NCBI RefSeq assembly: GCF_000315625.1
Contig: NW_005434653.1
Span: 630,638 to 694,637 of the forward strand
Origin: Guillardia theta CCMP2712
Taxonomy: Eukaryota; Protista; Cryptophyta
DNA: 64,000 nucleotides
Reading direction: 5' to 3'
Translations under genes and position numbers: made by a program
The notes under the pieces: generated by a model
Seen by the model: only the letters and a program-made list of their open reading frames with translations
The model's database searches: none
What the model was told of the DNA's origin: nothing
In this document: piece by piece, positions 47,940 through 61,394 of the stretch
Numbering within the stretch: position 1 is the stretch's first letter
Layout: each line of letters begins with the position of its first letter

Positions 47940-48827
47940 TTTCCCTCCTAATTGATGCCAGTGAAGTCAGAAGCTTGCTCCGCTTGTACACGGCTTGCTG
48001 GCCTCAACACCTCTCCTCCTTCACCAACGGTAAACTCGAACTCCATCCTCCACTTGAGCTCCGATGGCGAAGCTACGAAAGCAGCGTCAAGGAGGAGAGA
48101 AGAAGAGACAGAAGGAGCGCAGGAGCAGAGATGCAAGGATTGGAGTGGGGGGCGGGCGGGCGGGGAAGGAGGAAGGAGGAAGGGGGATGGGGGGGTGGGG
48201 CGATGAGCTGAGTACGAGGGAGGGTCACCTTGACTGACCCGCAGCCTTTAGAGCGCTTCCTTCCTCGCTCCTGCTGCTTCTCAGAGTCAGCAGGCCGGCA
48301 GCTCGACCAGCCGTTGACTCACTTGCGGAAGTCAAGGAAGAAGCTGCTGGGGGACGAGCTGGGCTTGTTCTCTGAGACCTTGAAAGGATCGCTCCCTCTG
48401 AGCATTTGAGATCATTGAAGGCAAAGTCCATCCCCTCCCCGGTCCTCCTCCTCCTCTCCTAGCTCCCCTCCTAGCTCCTCCTCCTCCTCCCACCTCCTCT
48501 CCTACCACCACCACCTCCTCCTCCTCTCCTACCAACTCACCCTCCCCCTTCCCCTTCCTCCCCTACCTCCCTGTCCCTGGGATCTGCTGGGCATTCTCCT
48601 TCACATGAGGATTTCCAGTCCCAGCCCACAAGAACCTGCGGCAAGCAACATCATCCTCCTCCACCTCCAGTCCTCCATAACCCCTCCCCCGCCCCTCCCT
48701 TCCCTTGGCTCCTGGTCCTCCCTGTCACCTTGCGTGAAAGTTTGCTTCCTGCTGTTTCGAGTTGTTTCCTTCCCTCTCCCTCGATGGATCTGCCACGACC
48801 GTACGCTCCTTCCCGTTCAGCAACGGC

Positions 48828-48901
<74 letters not shown>

Positions 48902-50890
48902 AGCTCCAGCTCCAGTAGCTCCTGCTCCTGCTCCAGTAGCTCCATTTCCGGTCATTCCTGCTCCAAGACCTCTTCCTATTCCACCAGTTCCTCCGGGTCC
49001 TGGTAGTTCACGTCAACAGCAGGAGGCAGGCAGGATGGTTACCTGGCGGTTGACTGCGGGCGATGGGAGAGGAGGAGAGTTTCCCAGCCAGCTGCGACCT
49101 CGCCTCGAGGATCTTCGAGCTTCTGCTCTCCGAGGAGGCTCTGAGGAGGGTCGATCGCTCCATCAAGACCTCCTCCTGCAGTCAAGGTGGGGGAGGCGAT
49201 GGAGAGGGAGCGGGGAGGGATCAGCTAGATAGAAGGAGTGAGAGATAGAACGGACCACAGCAGGAGGCTCTGGGACGGCGTCGTAGACCCTGAGGGTACG
49301 TGAGGGAGGGCACGAGAAGACTGCAAGCGTCACCTCCTTGCAATGAGTTTCCCTCCACTCGAGCCCGGAGTTTTCACTTTCCCTTCCTGTTGCCTGACAG
49401 CCTCCAACAGAGCGCTTTTCTCCCGCATCCATGCCTCCTGCTAGCCTCTTAGTGCCCTCCTCCTCCCCTCCCCCTCCCCCTCCCCCTTATCTGCACCTGT
49501 GCAGCCTTGAGCTCTTTGATCTCGTCCACGAGGGATTGCGAGTATCTCATCACTTGCTCGTTCTTGCTCCTTAGCTCCTGTCTCAAACCTTCAATCCTCT
49601 GATCCCCCAACTCCCCTTCCCCGCTGTCGCCACCTCATGAACAGCCTTGAGCTTGTCATGCTCATCCGCTCCTCCTCCTTCGGTCTGGCAGGACGTGCTC
49701 GCTACACGAGCGGGTCCTCTGAGCTCTGCGAGCGCCTGCGATGCTCGCGCGTCCCCACGTGGCGTGTTGATTCGATCTCCTCTCGTTGAGGTTCCTCGCG
49801 GAGTCGCCAGTGCCGTCAGGCCCCTGCTCTGCTGCCTCTCTGTCGCTAGCGGCTCTATCTCCGCTCTGCCCTTCCCTGCATGTACAAAGTCAGTATCGCC
49901 TCCTCCTCCTCCTCCTCCTCCGCCTCTTCCTCCTCCTTCTCTCCTTCCTCCCTCCTGTCTGCCTTGTCGGGTGCTCACAGTACCTGAGGGAGTCATGTCC
50001 GAGGAGATGCTTCTCTCTATCTCAACGATCCTGCTCTTGAGGGCTCGGACCACAGCGACCTGGGGGAGCAAGTAAGGGGAAGAGGACGGCGAGCAGGGAG
50101 AGGGAAAGGATGAAAACTTGAGTCAGAGAAGTTTGGATGCGGCGAGACAAGGACAAGAAGGAGGACATCGAGGAAGGGGAAGGGGAAGGGGAGGAAGGGT
50201 AAACGTACCAGCTGATCGTTCTCATTCTTCATCGCCTCATGACGTTTGAGCAAGTGACTGCCAGACTCTCATGCACAGACCACAAGGAGAGGGCGAGTAC
50301 GTCTCTGACTCCTGCAGCACAAGGATAGCGTCCAAAAGGCACTCCATCCCCTCGTCGCTGGTGAGACCTGCAAACTCGTTGTTTTAGCAGAACTATGCTG
50401 CGGTTCCCTCCCCTCCCTCCCTCGCTCTCTTCCTCCCTCCACCTCCCTCCCTCCCTCTTTAGCACCTTGCATTCCCTGGTCATATCCCAACCGCAAGAGG
50501 ATCGCGTGCATTCCCGACTGATACGTCTGCACGACGGTGTATCAGCGAGAGTAACTCTGCTGCTCTTCCCTTCTTACGCCATCAATCTTGTTTTCTCTCC
50601 TCCCCTCTCCTCCCCTCTCCTCCCCTCTCCTCTCCTCTCCTCTCCTCTCCTCTCCTCTCCTCTCCTCTCCTCTCCTCTTCTCGCTCGTCTCGTCTCGCCT
50701 CATTTTCCTCTTCTCACCTGCATCTCCTTCATTAGGATCTCGACATCTGCTGGTATCTCACTCTCCAGTGAGAAGCTGGACGCCGGAATCCGTCTGGGTC
50801 GGAGAGGAGACTCCCAGTCTGTGGAGGCTCAGCCTCGTGCAGCTGAGCGCTCTACAATACCTTTGGTATCGCCGACCCTCCTCTCCATGG
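47940..50890 (-). CDS. Hypothetical multi-exon coiled-coil protein; boundaries approximate
   Basis: Coiled-coil-like exons (LKSRIVEIERS, LKRHEAMKNENDQL) split by microsatellite introns. Confidence 0.45.
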
Positions 50891-51708
50891 TACAGCGAAA
50901 GAGAGTCTGTTGCTGAACGATCTGCTGCAGCAAGAGAGACAACAATGATTGCCGGTAGGTGTTTCACGTTGCCTGGAGTAGCGGATGCATGAAACTACCT
51001 GAAATCACTGTGAGGAGAAGAGAACGCGGCAAGCGATGAGCTACAAAATGAAAGAACACAGATGAAGCGAGGATGGGGGAGAATTGACAACCGCGAAAGA
51101 AGAGGTAGAAATTTTCTTCCAGCTGCATGCAAGGCAGCGGAAAGGTGGCAATGGGGCAAGATTGAGAAGAAGGGGCGATGAGCCGACAAAGGAGCAGCGG
51201 GAGCAGTATGAGAAGCAGCAGCACCAGCAGCAGCAGCAGCATCTGGAGGAGGAGGAGGAGGAGGAGGAGGAGGACGAGGACGAGAAGGAGGAGGAGGAGG
51301 AGGAAGACGAGGACGAGGACGAGGAGGAGGAGTAGGACATCGTTGTGGGCATGTCGTGGGGTCATAGGAAGCAGCAGAGGAGGAGGGTGCATGGCTGTTA
51401 GTCAAACTCAGAGCTGAAACAGCTGGGTGGGGGTTCTTCATACAGGGGATGCCAATTTGACCAGGGGTACAAAGTACCCTCATTATTACCATTGAAATCA
51501 GTTCAAAGGAGGGGATAAGAAATGATTTTGTGGGTTAGGGTACTCTTCATACTAACAGGGGTAGGGAAACCCAATTTGAAAAGTTGCACTAGTAAGGTGG
51601 GGTGGTACTCAATCGGGTGATCGACCTCGGGTCCGGGGGTACTTTGGAGGGGGAGAGGGGGGTGGGTTGAATTAGGGGGGGTAGGGGCATTCCCTCAATG
51701 GAAACAAT

Positions 51709-54474
51709 GATGGCGATGGATGCGGCAACCCAGGTGAAGGAGGAGGAGGAGGAGGAGGAGGAGGAGGAGGAGGAGGAAGAGGACGAGGACGAGGACGAGG
51801 ACGAGGTGGACAAGGAGGATCATGATCACGAGGAGTACAAGAAAAGCTCATCTTGATTGCAAGTGACCGATTGATTGGTTGACGGGAGGAAGGCAAGGGC
51901 GACGTGACTAACTTGCCTTGTTCTTGAGGTACTGCGAAGCTGCTACGAGACGTCAAGCTTGAAGGGCATCGGACCATCAGCCGAACTCTTGAGGTGGCGC
52001 AGGGCGTGAGAGCGAAGACTCTGAGGTGATCGCAGGACCATGCGGAGGAAGGAGAGGGAAGAGGCGGCTCTTGCAGAGAGGATCAGAAGGATACAGGGCG
52101 AGATAGACAAGGCGAGCCACTCGATGAAGAATTTAGAGAGGGCGAGCATGGAGGCAGACAGCAAGGAGGAGCCGACGGTGCATCGAAAGGTCTCCAACGC
52201 CTCAGGCTCCGTAAGAGCGCTCAAGATCGCTTCGGAGCAAGTGGAGGAGCTGGTCGCTCAGCGGTAGGTCGTGAGCTGAAGGAGCGAGGGGCTGATAGGC
52301 ATCGCAGGGACGACATGGAGGCCTTGCGTGTGAAGATGCTCGACGAACTGAAGAAGATGAGGAGGGGACTAGAGGATATGAGTAGGAAGGCTGATCCCGA
52401 AGCCTCGTCCTCCAGGGTCTGGCCTGTCAGTGCTCCCGAGCTTCGATATCCTCCTCTCAAGAACTTCGCGGCTCCTTTCACCAGCAAAGCGCAAGAGAGA
52501 GCAGCGGAGGCAGCGCGAAGGAGAGCCCAGGAGGACGCAAGGGATATTTCCCTTCACCCTATGGCAAGACCTGGTGACCCTCCTACTCTCTTCCTCCTCT
52601 TCCTCCTCTACCTCTCTCCCTCTCGCCCTCCTCCTCTTCCTCCTCCTTCTCCTCTGATCCCTAGAAGTCTGCTCGCAGAACAACCAGCTGGTAGCATGCA
52701 GAGATGTGTTTTTCTCCCCCTTGTACATGTTGGCTGCTGGAGGAGCAGGTGCAAAAGGTGTTAGAGCGGGGATAGCAAGAGGAGCTAGAGCTGGAACAGG
52801 AGGCGGAAGAAGAAGAGATGGTAAAACAGGGATAGGAGGAGGAGGAGGAGGAGGAGGAGGAGGAGGAGGAGGAGGAGACACAAGAGGAGGAGACACAAGA
52901 GGAGGAGACAGCGGAGAGGGGAGAACAGGTGAGCTTGTCGGAATTTCTTCTCAGCTCATGTCGGCACAAGAGCAGGAGATGCAGGAGGTTGCGAGCGAGA
53001 TGGCGCGGGTGCTGCTGAGGACAGGATCGTACTTCCACAGCAGCATCGAGCGACAGCAACTTGCTGGGCTCAAGGCTCTGATTGAAGACGTAGACGAGCT
53101 TGTGACTCCCCTCTTCTGCTCACTAAGACCGCAGGAGATCCGGAGGCTGGATGAGGATAGAAAAAGGTGTCACGTGCTGCAAGGGGAGGAGGAAGAAGAG
53201 GAGAAGAAGGTGAGCGAAAGGCTGGAGTCTCGTGAGTGAGGAGGACGGCAGATAGCCGGGCTCAAGGAGCAGAGAGACTCGCTGAAGGAGGTCGTGGTGA
53301 CTGAGACGGAGAAGCTGGGAGCGATGGATCGCCGGTTGACAAAGCAGAAGATCAGAGGAGAGGAAGTGAAGGAGGAGGACGAGAGAAGCTTGCGGGAGCT
53401 CGAGCTCAAGATCCAGAGGATGTCAGAAGAAGTCGCCGAGCTCACAGAGGAGCTGCAGACGCGGAGGAGGAAGCAGGAAGGACAGCAGGAGCGTGTCGGG
53501 GGTGGGGCCTGACGCTATGGGCAGGATGAGAGGAAGAAGAGGAGGGACGAGCTGGAGCTGAGCTGCAAGGAGGTGCAGGAGCAGGCGGAGGATCACTTGG
53601 TTGCTCTCCTCCTGTGCTGATCTCGTCTGATCCTCCTGTAGACGAAGCTCAAGATCTTGAGGAGACAAGAGAACGCTGAGATCCTTCAGGCTTGCCGGTC
53701 TCCCTCCCTGCCGCTCCCTGTCCCCCCCCTCTCCCTCTCCCTCTCCCTCTCCCTCTCCCTCTCCCTCTCCCTCTCCCTCTCCCTCTCCCTGACCTCCCCT
53801 CCCCTGTCCCTTTCTTATTTCTATTAGAGAATCCCCTTCCCTTCTCTCTTCACTCTTTCCTCATTCTTCTACAACCTTCTCCCCCCTGGCTCTGCTCTGC
53901 TCTATCCCTCAATTCCTGCCTCTCAACTCCCGTCCACAAGCTCGTTCCTCATTCGACAGCAGGTCAGGAAACGTCTCCGTATTGAAGGAGCTCATACAGG
54001 AATGCAAGAGTGTCATGATCATCAACTCGTCCTGCTCCTCCTCCCCGCCCCGGCTCCTCCTCCACCACAACCACCACCACCACCTCATCACCATCATCTC
54101 CTCCTCCTCCTCCGCCTCCTCCTCCTCCTCCGCCTCCTCCGCCTCCTCCTCCTCCTCCTCCTCCTCCTCCTCCTCCTCCTCCTCCTCCTCCTCCTCCTTC
54201 GCCTCCTCCTGCCTTTCCCATCTTTTCCCGTCTTCTTTCTCCTCTAGCTCATCATCTGACAGCCTCTAGCAGGCCGGGGCCTCTCTTGACGTTGTCGCAT
54301 TCGAAGGCTTCAATCCCCTCCACTGCGCAGCCCAGCATGGCAGGAGCGAGTGCGTTGCCATCGTGTGCGAGCTGGTTGAGAAAGAAGAGCTGCAGAAGCT
54401 CCTGCTGGGAAGAGATAAGCTGGGAAGAACTCCAGCTGAACTCTCCGTCGACCCCACATGTCGGAAAATCTTGA
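51709..54474 (+). CDS. Hypothetical multi-exon coiled-coil protein; boundaries approximate
   Basis: E/K/R-rich heptad exons (ALAERIRRIQGEIDK; LRELELKIQRMSEEVAEL) with GT-AG introns. Confidence 0.5.
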
Positions 54475-54632
54475 AGCAACAGATGAAGTTGATGGAAGAG
54501 GACGAGAAGAGGGGAAGAGGAGAGTGAAGGAGGGGGAGGGGGAGGGGGAGGAGCTTCCGAGAATATTTCTCATTCATTAGTCAACGATACAAATACACGA
54601 GCTGTTAGTGGAGAGGAGGAGAATCTATACTC

Positions 54633-55753
54633 TCACGAGGACCCGATGCTCGCGACCGAGTGAAACCTGCTGGACGAGTACTTCTTGTGCACGGCCTTGT
54701 GCTGACCCGACGATGCGGCGGCATGGAGGGCCTTGAGATCCTCCGTTGCCTTCAGCAGGTCTGCCTCCACATACCTCGTGTGCTTCGCCAGCGTTGGGCT
54801 CCAGGCAGGTCTGTTGGTGAGCTGGAGGGAGAGGGAGGTGGCAGCCGCGCAGAGGAGGGAGGGCTTGTACTTGAGGAAGCTGTAGTCGACGAGCGAGAGC
54901 TCCAACAGGTAGGAGATGAGGAGGAGGAGCCTGGAGTCGCCTTGGGCAGCCTTGCAGAACCTCTTGAGGAAGCTCCTCGGGGTGGGGACCGTGAGGCGGA
55001 AGTTGAGCTTCGCGAGGATCGTTTGCTCCATCTGGATGATCTGCTCGCGGGAGTAGGCGTTGTCGCAGATGTAGACGTAGTCGCGCACCTCGGGGGGGTA
55101 GATCTCCTCGTACTTGGCTGCGATCATGAGCGAGACCACTCCGACGAGTTGGAGCCGCTGGCGGTTGACCTTCTGCACGGCCAGGAAGCGATCGAGGATG
55201 TTGACGGTGAGGAAGAGAGTCTCGTGCCTGAGCTTGAACTTGAGGTGAACCTCCACCAGCCAGTCGATCAGAATCGCGCGCATCTTCTCGTTGATGTCGT
55301 CCTGTTGCGTCATGTAGTTCACCGGTGGCGCGAGCTCCGTCTCCTTCATGCGCAGGTTGGAGTAGATCTCATCCACGTACTCGGTCACAGCCATCTCGTT
55401 GTATCTACCATGCTCGTCAGAAGGAGCTCGCTCGACCTCTTCTCCCTCTCTCACCTGTCCCCGGAATCGATATCGAGGGCTCCGACCGTGTCGGCAGCTG
55501 TGACATTGTCGATTGGCATCTCCACTGCTGCTCCAGGAGCAGATGCAGTGCGCAGAGGAGCAGAAGACGTGGTGGAGGAGGGGAGGTTAGAAGCAAGTGT
55601 CGGCTTGCTCGCTTGAGTCTTCGACTGGATCACGTTGGTGTTGACGCTCAAGGTGGTTCCAAACCTCCTGGTCTGGGTTGTGTTCTTGCCCGTGGCAAGA
55701 GTCTTCTGATTCGCGCGCATGGCGACATCTTCGTTCTCAGAGTTGATCTGCAT
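54633..55753 (-). CDS. B-type mitotic cyclin (one probable intron ~55410-55453)
   Basis: EYVDEIY, MRAILIDWLVEVH, ETLFLTVNILDRFL, LQLVG, AAKYEE, HKKYS; low-complexity N-terminus. Confidence 0.95.
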
Positions 55754-56472
55754 AGAAGTCAGCAGGGGCGCCTTGGCATGCGCATGCCTTTTCACCTGGA
55801 TCGCGCTCCTTCCGATCATCGTTATGAGGTTGGAGGAGTGAAGTGGGAGAACTGGTTGCAAGCAGAGAGGGGCTAGGAGTGCTCGGAGCCTTCACAGGAG
55901 TCTGAGCGGAGGGGGAGGAAGGGAGGAGGACGGGATTTTGTCCGTGGGAGCTGGTGCTGGTGCTGTGGGGCAGGGAGCAAGTGGCGGGGGAAGGCGTGGA
56001 AGAGGAGGGCAGCTCAACGGCAAAAAGGCGTGTAAGGGTAGGGAGGGTGGGGGTAGGGGTGCCTAAATGGAAGGGTCAATTTTAATGGAAATGAAGGGGT
56101 GGTGACGGGTAACGTAGGGGTCTCTGAGGTATAGAAAAGTACCGGTCATTCATAATGGCCCAATGGGTTAGGGGTGGGTGGATGTTCTCACCCCGGGGAG
56201 GGGTTCTTTCAAGGGGTAATCTGTGGTGCTGAGGGGGTCCAGTCGGATCCTCACACTGATCACCGGTGTTATTCACTGGAAATCTACTCCAGATGTGGGG
56301 GTAGGGGGTGGTCCCCCGCTATCTAAGACATGCCGTTTCTAATTTGCAGGTCAGTCGACCCCCCACCCCTTTNNNNNNNNNNNNNNNNNNNNNNNNNNNN
56401 NNNNNNNNNNNNNNNNNNNNNNNNNNNNNNNNNNNNNNNNNNNNNNNNNNNNNNNNNNNNNNNNNNNNNNNN

Positions 56473-56820
56473 GACGGTCCCAGGGCCGCCCGGCCCGGGG
56501 GCCGCCCGGCTCAGCGGCTAGTCCGATCCGCCCGGCCGTCACGCGGCCCGGCCCGCCGGCCCGGCCCGCCGTTCGGAGGTCCCCAGACCGAACCTACTGA
56601 GTCCCCAGATCGCCGGGACCGAACCTACTATGATCACTCGGAGCCAGTGAGTACGGTCCGATCGGATCCCGAGTCCGGCGAGTCCGGCAGTCATGCCCGG
56701 GCCATGATTCCCGAACTTCGGACTGACTCAGTGAGTCACAACTTGGCAATCATGCCACGGTGCCGGTACTCGTGGTCACCGTGGCAGTCACTCGGACTCA
56801 TCGGGCTACACCGGTCACGT
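56473..56820. repeat. GC-rich palindromic-word block
   Basis: Same family vocabulary as 8170-8680 and 13740-14045; includes TGACTCA-G-TGAGTCA at 56724-56738. Confidence 0.55.
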
Positions 56821-56831
56821 TTCGTACTAGC

Positions 56832-56920
56832 ACTGATTTTTCACTTAACTTTGAGTAAATCAATAGTAGCACGATCATAATAAGCTCCAGTCTTTACTCA
56901 AAGTTAAGTTAAAAATCAGT
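56832..56920. repeat. 28-bp inverted repeat (1 mismatch) with 33-nt spacer; MITE-like/hairpin
   Basis: ACTGATTTTTCACTTAACTTTGAGTAAA (56832-56859) vs TTTACTCAAAGTTAAGTTAAAAATCAGT (56893-56920). Confidence 0.85.
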
Positions 56921-57007
56921 ACGAGGACAATCTAGTAACTTCAAAGGCTATCGCCGGGCCGCGCGGCGTGCTGGACCGCGGGCTTGAATTGGAGGCCCTC
57001 AATGTTG

Positions 57008-57198
57008 GAGAGGAGGGAGAGAGTGGGAGAGAGAGGGAGAGGGAGAGGGAGAGGGAGAGGGGGAGGGAGAGGGAGAGGGAGGGAGAGGGAGAGGGAGAGA
57101 GGGAGAGGGAGAGAGGGAGAGAGAGAGGGAGAGAGAGAGGGAGAGAGAGAGGGAGAGGGAGAGGGAGAGGGAGAGGGAGAGGGAGTGAGGGAGAGGGA
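57008..57198. repeat. (GAGAGG)n microsatellite running into an N gap
   Basis: Direct observation. Confidence 0.9.
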
Positions 57199-57827
57199 NN
57201 NNNNNNNNNNNNNNNNNNNNNNNNNNNNNNNNNNNNNNNNNNNNNNNNNNNNNNNNNNNNNNNNNNNNNNNNNNNNNNNNNNNNNNNNNNNNNNNNNNAT
57301 CATCCGATGTTGTAATCGTCCGACGACAAGTTATCAAAATCAGTGTCCAGAAGGTATCTACCGCAGAGGGCTATCTAGACACGCCAAATGATAAGCTCCG
57401 CCGCATGTGTCGTAATTCTCACATAAGAGGAGCCGATCTCCTGTGTCATCGTGTCATCCGCATCGCAGGCAAAGTGATTTCTATGCGAGATGTGATTGAC
57501 CTTGCTTCCTTTCATCGGAGTCAAAGAGGATATCAATGGATAGCACTGAATTCGAATTTGTAGAGGGAAGATCACAGATCTATTGTTCGTGTATAACGTT
57601 TCTAGCGTTCGAACATGGATGGTTTCGAAATACATCCGAATCCACGCTGGGTGGGAGAGGGAGAGAGGGAGAGAGAGACGGAGAGAGAGAGGGAGCGGGA
57701 GTGAGGGAGAGGGAGAGGGAGGGAGGATGGAGGGAGAGAAAGGTAAATGAGAATGATCCCAACCCCCTCTCTCTGTTCAACGTGTACTAACACTGTTGTT
57801 TTCAGAATCTTCATAGTATTGTACTCG

Positions 57828-58590
57828 ATGACGAACAAGAGGGAGGTTCTTGAAAAGTTGGAAGCAGTGAGAACTTTTGATGACCGTGTGACATTGAACT
57901 GACCACTCCTCGTTTCAACTTGGTATGATTGCTTCAGTGGTTCTTTGACGATAGCTCAGGGATTGAAAATTTTGTTGAGGAGTTCGCAAAGGTGACGACG
58001 GAGAGGAGAGCGGGACAGTGAGGATAACACTGTGAACCACAGGCGCACAAAGACATCTTTGACATGGACAAAGAGGAACATAAGTTGGAGTACATGGACG
58101 TTTACAAGGAATTTCAGGGGCAGTTTGAAACAAAGATCGAAGGTCAGGGAGAAACCTTGATCGCCAATCTCATGACCTGCACCTCCTCTTTGTTCCCACC
58201 ATGTCGTCAACCTTGTCAACCGTCCCTTTCTTTGCCTTCCTCCTCACCACAGCCCTCAGGATTCTTGAAGGACAACGGCTACAGCTCTGAAGATCTTGTG
58301 GACGCAGTGAAGGAGGAGCAGAAAACGCATGGAGACGCGGCAGGTCTTCCATATCTCCCTCATCCTTGACCACTTCCTCTTCATTCTATGCCTTCCCACC
58401 CTCCTCCTTCCTCGGCTGTCGGCAGCCTCAAGCCAGGAGGTGAGGGTCGAGCGCAGGAACGGACGTGATCGGCGTCATTCTCGCGACGCTGGAGTACGAC
58501 ATTTTCTGCCAGGTCCCCTCGTGCGACATGTAACGGGAGTGGTTGACGGTGCAGCAGATGATGGCAGAGGCGAAGGAGCGGTTCGCATGA
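57828..58590 (+). CDS. BART/ARL2-binding domain protein (ARL2BP/CFAP36-like)
   Basis: FDMDKEEHKLEYMDVYKEFQGQFETKIE-GFLK...ILATLEYDIFCQMM pattern. Confidence 0.75.
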
Positions 58591-58670
58591 AGAAACTTGT
58601 ACAAGCATCACGACGAGGGGAGGAAGAGCTCGCTTCCTCTGAGGAAAGGATGAGCTTCCTTGTTTCAACT

Positions 58671-60299
58671 TCACAGCATCTTCTTGATATCTTCCACCTC
58701 TCCTTCCTCCAGCTGCAGCGCTCCATCTGCGGCAAGCTGATCATTCCCTGACGTCCTTCGCCAGCTGTAAAAGTAAGACAAACTCACTCTGCGCGACATC
58801 CAAGTCCTCCCGCATATGTCCCTGCGCGCTGAGGTTCACTTCCCTCCTCCCCGCGAGAGATCTCACCGTGCTGCTGGTGCCGGTGAGAGGGGTAATGCCG
58901 ATGGCTTGCACGAATGCGAACAGCACCTGCTCGGGGGTCTTGTTGTACCTGCAGCATCCTCAGCAGTGTCAAGGGGGGGATGAGACTGACTTGTTCGACA
59001 AGCTCTTCACGGCCCGAGAGGAGAGGATGTCTGGGTTGGCCGTGAGGGTCCAGAAGCTTTGATACGTGATGCCGTGCTGCAATGACGTCAGCGTCTCCCT
59101 CCTCCTCCTCCAGGCTCTCCCCCACTTGTGTGCAGAACTCCCTGAGCTCCTTGTCAAAGTTCGAGTCCCGGTAGAACCTTTGACAACAGTTACCGGGTCC
59201 AGCTTAGAGTCAGCTCTACCTGTTCTGCAGGATGGTGGGCTTGACACGCGAGGAGGAGTGAAGGTCTTTCAGTGCTGAGAGGCTATAGCAGTTGGAGATT
59301 CCGAGGCTCCTGGCCTTCCCCTCCTCGCAAAGGTTCTCCATCGCTCTCCATACCCGCATCGTCTGCACGTCCAGCGTTAGCGAAACGAAGAGCAAAGCAG
59401 CCCTAGATGCCATCTCATGCGTGGGTAGAGGAGAGTGCAGGACGAGCGCGTCGACGTAGTCCGTGTGCAGGTTGGCGAGGGACCTCGTCATGGACTGCAC
59501 CACTTGTTCTTCGAGAGGAGCGTTGGGGTCATAGGGGATCTTCAGCAGAGTGAGCGACGAGGCAACGCAAACATTCGCAGGTCACATTGTTTGGGTCCTG
59601 TCCTCTCACTGGAGTGAATTTCGTCTGTACCCAGAGCTATGGGGGAAAACAATACTGTTAGCAACGAAAGCTAAGAGGACCGAACACAGACTTGCGATCG
59701 AGGGATGTTGTGCTGCTGCTGCAGCCTGAGCAAGGCTCTGCCTACTCCTGCGTTCAAGTCACAAGGAGGAGATGCGAAGTTTTCCTATGCAGCCAGGCTT
59801 CACATGCCTGGTTCGAAGTAGTGCTTCGGTTGGCAGGCCGTGTCTATCCCTCTGCCATGTTTGTCAGATATCGAAGAGGGAGACAAGTCACTATCCACGA
59901 GCAAAGGAAGCAACCACTGAGTGCCTCACCTGAACCCTTCAAGCACGGCCTTCAACACAAGCTCCTCTGTTCCAGCAGAACCAATGTGACACAACTTACA
60001 GGTCAACAACACTCTGCGTCGCACCTGTCCTCTCCTTCTTCCATGCAGTTCCGTACACCACAGGAGGCATCTTCATTCCTGTCGCCTGCTTTTCTTCCCG
60101 TCACATCCTGGGTCGAAACTACGAATATTTGCCATACGTGTCTCGCGAAATCTTGCGGACTTGATTCATCCGCACCGTCGCCTCCTTTCATGCACAGGGT
60201 TCGCTCTGGTCCTCCCCTCGATCCTCTCATGCCCGACATGATCGTCATCGCCGCCATCGCTGCCGCCGCTCCTCCTCGTCCTACCGCCAGCATCCGCAT
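58671..60299 (-). CDS. Aldo/keto reductase, intron-rich, with N-terminal extension
   Basis: YGTAWKKE, GIDTACQPKHYFEPG, QTKFT, DYVDALVLHSP, LGISNCY, LQNR, YQSFWTLTANP, PLTGTSS. Confidence 0.88.
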
Positions 60300-60507
60300 T
60301 GTTTGCCTAGGCTTTATTACCCTCATCCACACCTCATCCCCCTCATCCCCACGTTTCAAAATGGCGTGTAAAATAAAGGAGAAGAGGGGAAGAGCGAAGA
60401 GGAGCAGAGGAGGAGGAGGAGGTTGAAGGGAAAGGAAGGAGAAGCCACTGGCTGCTCTCGGAGGAGGAGGACGAGTGTGTGACGTGGGCTGTTGGTGCTC
60501 TACAGGG

Positions 60508-61338
60508 ATGGGAGGCGGAAGCAAGTTCTGGTCACTTGTTAGCAACAAGGTACGTGTGCAGCAGGCGGAGACTTGTTGACTGCTAGCAGGAGCAGGGGTC
60601 CAAGAACGAGCACTCAGAGCACGAGCTTGACTCGCGCGAGCCAACAGGTTTCAAGCAGCAGCAGCAGCAGCGGACATTCACTGTTACTGGCAGGATGTGC
60701 AAGCATCGCAAGCACGCCAGGACAGGTCGCCTGCTTCCTCAAGAACAAGAAAGTTTCTGTTGACCTCTCGTAAGCTCTTCCTCCATCACTCTCATTCATC
60801 CCTTGTTATACAGATCTCCCAAGGCTCGTCCTCCTTCCCCTTCCTCCCTCTCCCCCTCGCCTCGCTCACTCCATCTCTCCCTTTCTTCCTTGCCGTTCGT
60901 CACCCCCTCCCCCCTCCTGCTGTCATGTCATCTCTCCGCTAGGTTCTGGATCGTGCGGAGTCTGCAAGCACTTCATCGAGAGCAGCATGTGCGAAGATTC
61001 CTAACCCCCCCTCCTCTCCCTCCCTCCCTCCCTCCCTCCCTCTTCCTCCCTCTCACTCGCACTCTCCCTCTCCCTCTCCCTCTCCTTACTTCCCACATCT
61101 CTTTTTCATCTTCCTGGCTGCTCCAACTTTCTCGTTTTCTCCTCGTCTGACTTTCATCGGCATGCAGGAGAAACTCTTCTCCCAGCATCAGCACCTTCGC
61201 GCCATTTTCTTCCTGGCCATCCGACTAGCAAGCACCAAGCATGGAGCTGCGTTGCCTGTCTTCGTCGCTGACCCCAAGGACCCTCCACCTGACCTTCGGC
61301 TGAAGAATGAAGCTCGTATCCAGAGGTAGCAAACCTCT

Positions 61339-61394
<56 letters not shown>

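Noticed and set aside
56308-57391. ORFs spanning N runs
   Set aside because: Artefacts of assembly gaps and GA repeats.
57299-57635. Lower-GC segment after the N gap with short open frames on both strands
   Set aside because: No recognisable motif; cannot distinguish gene fragment from TE remnant.
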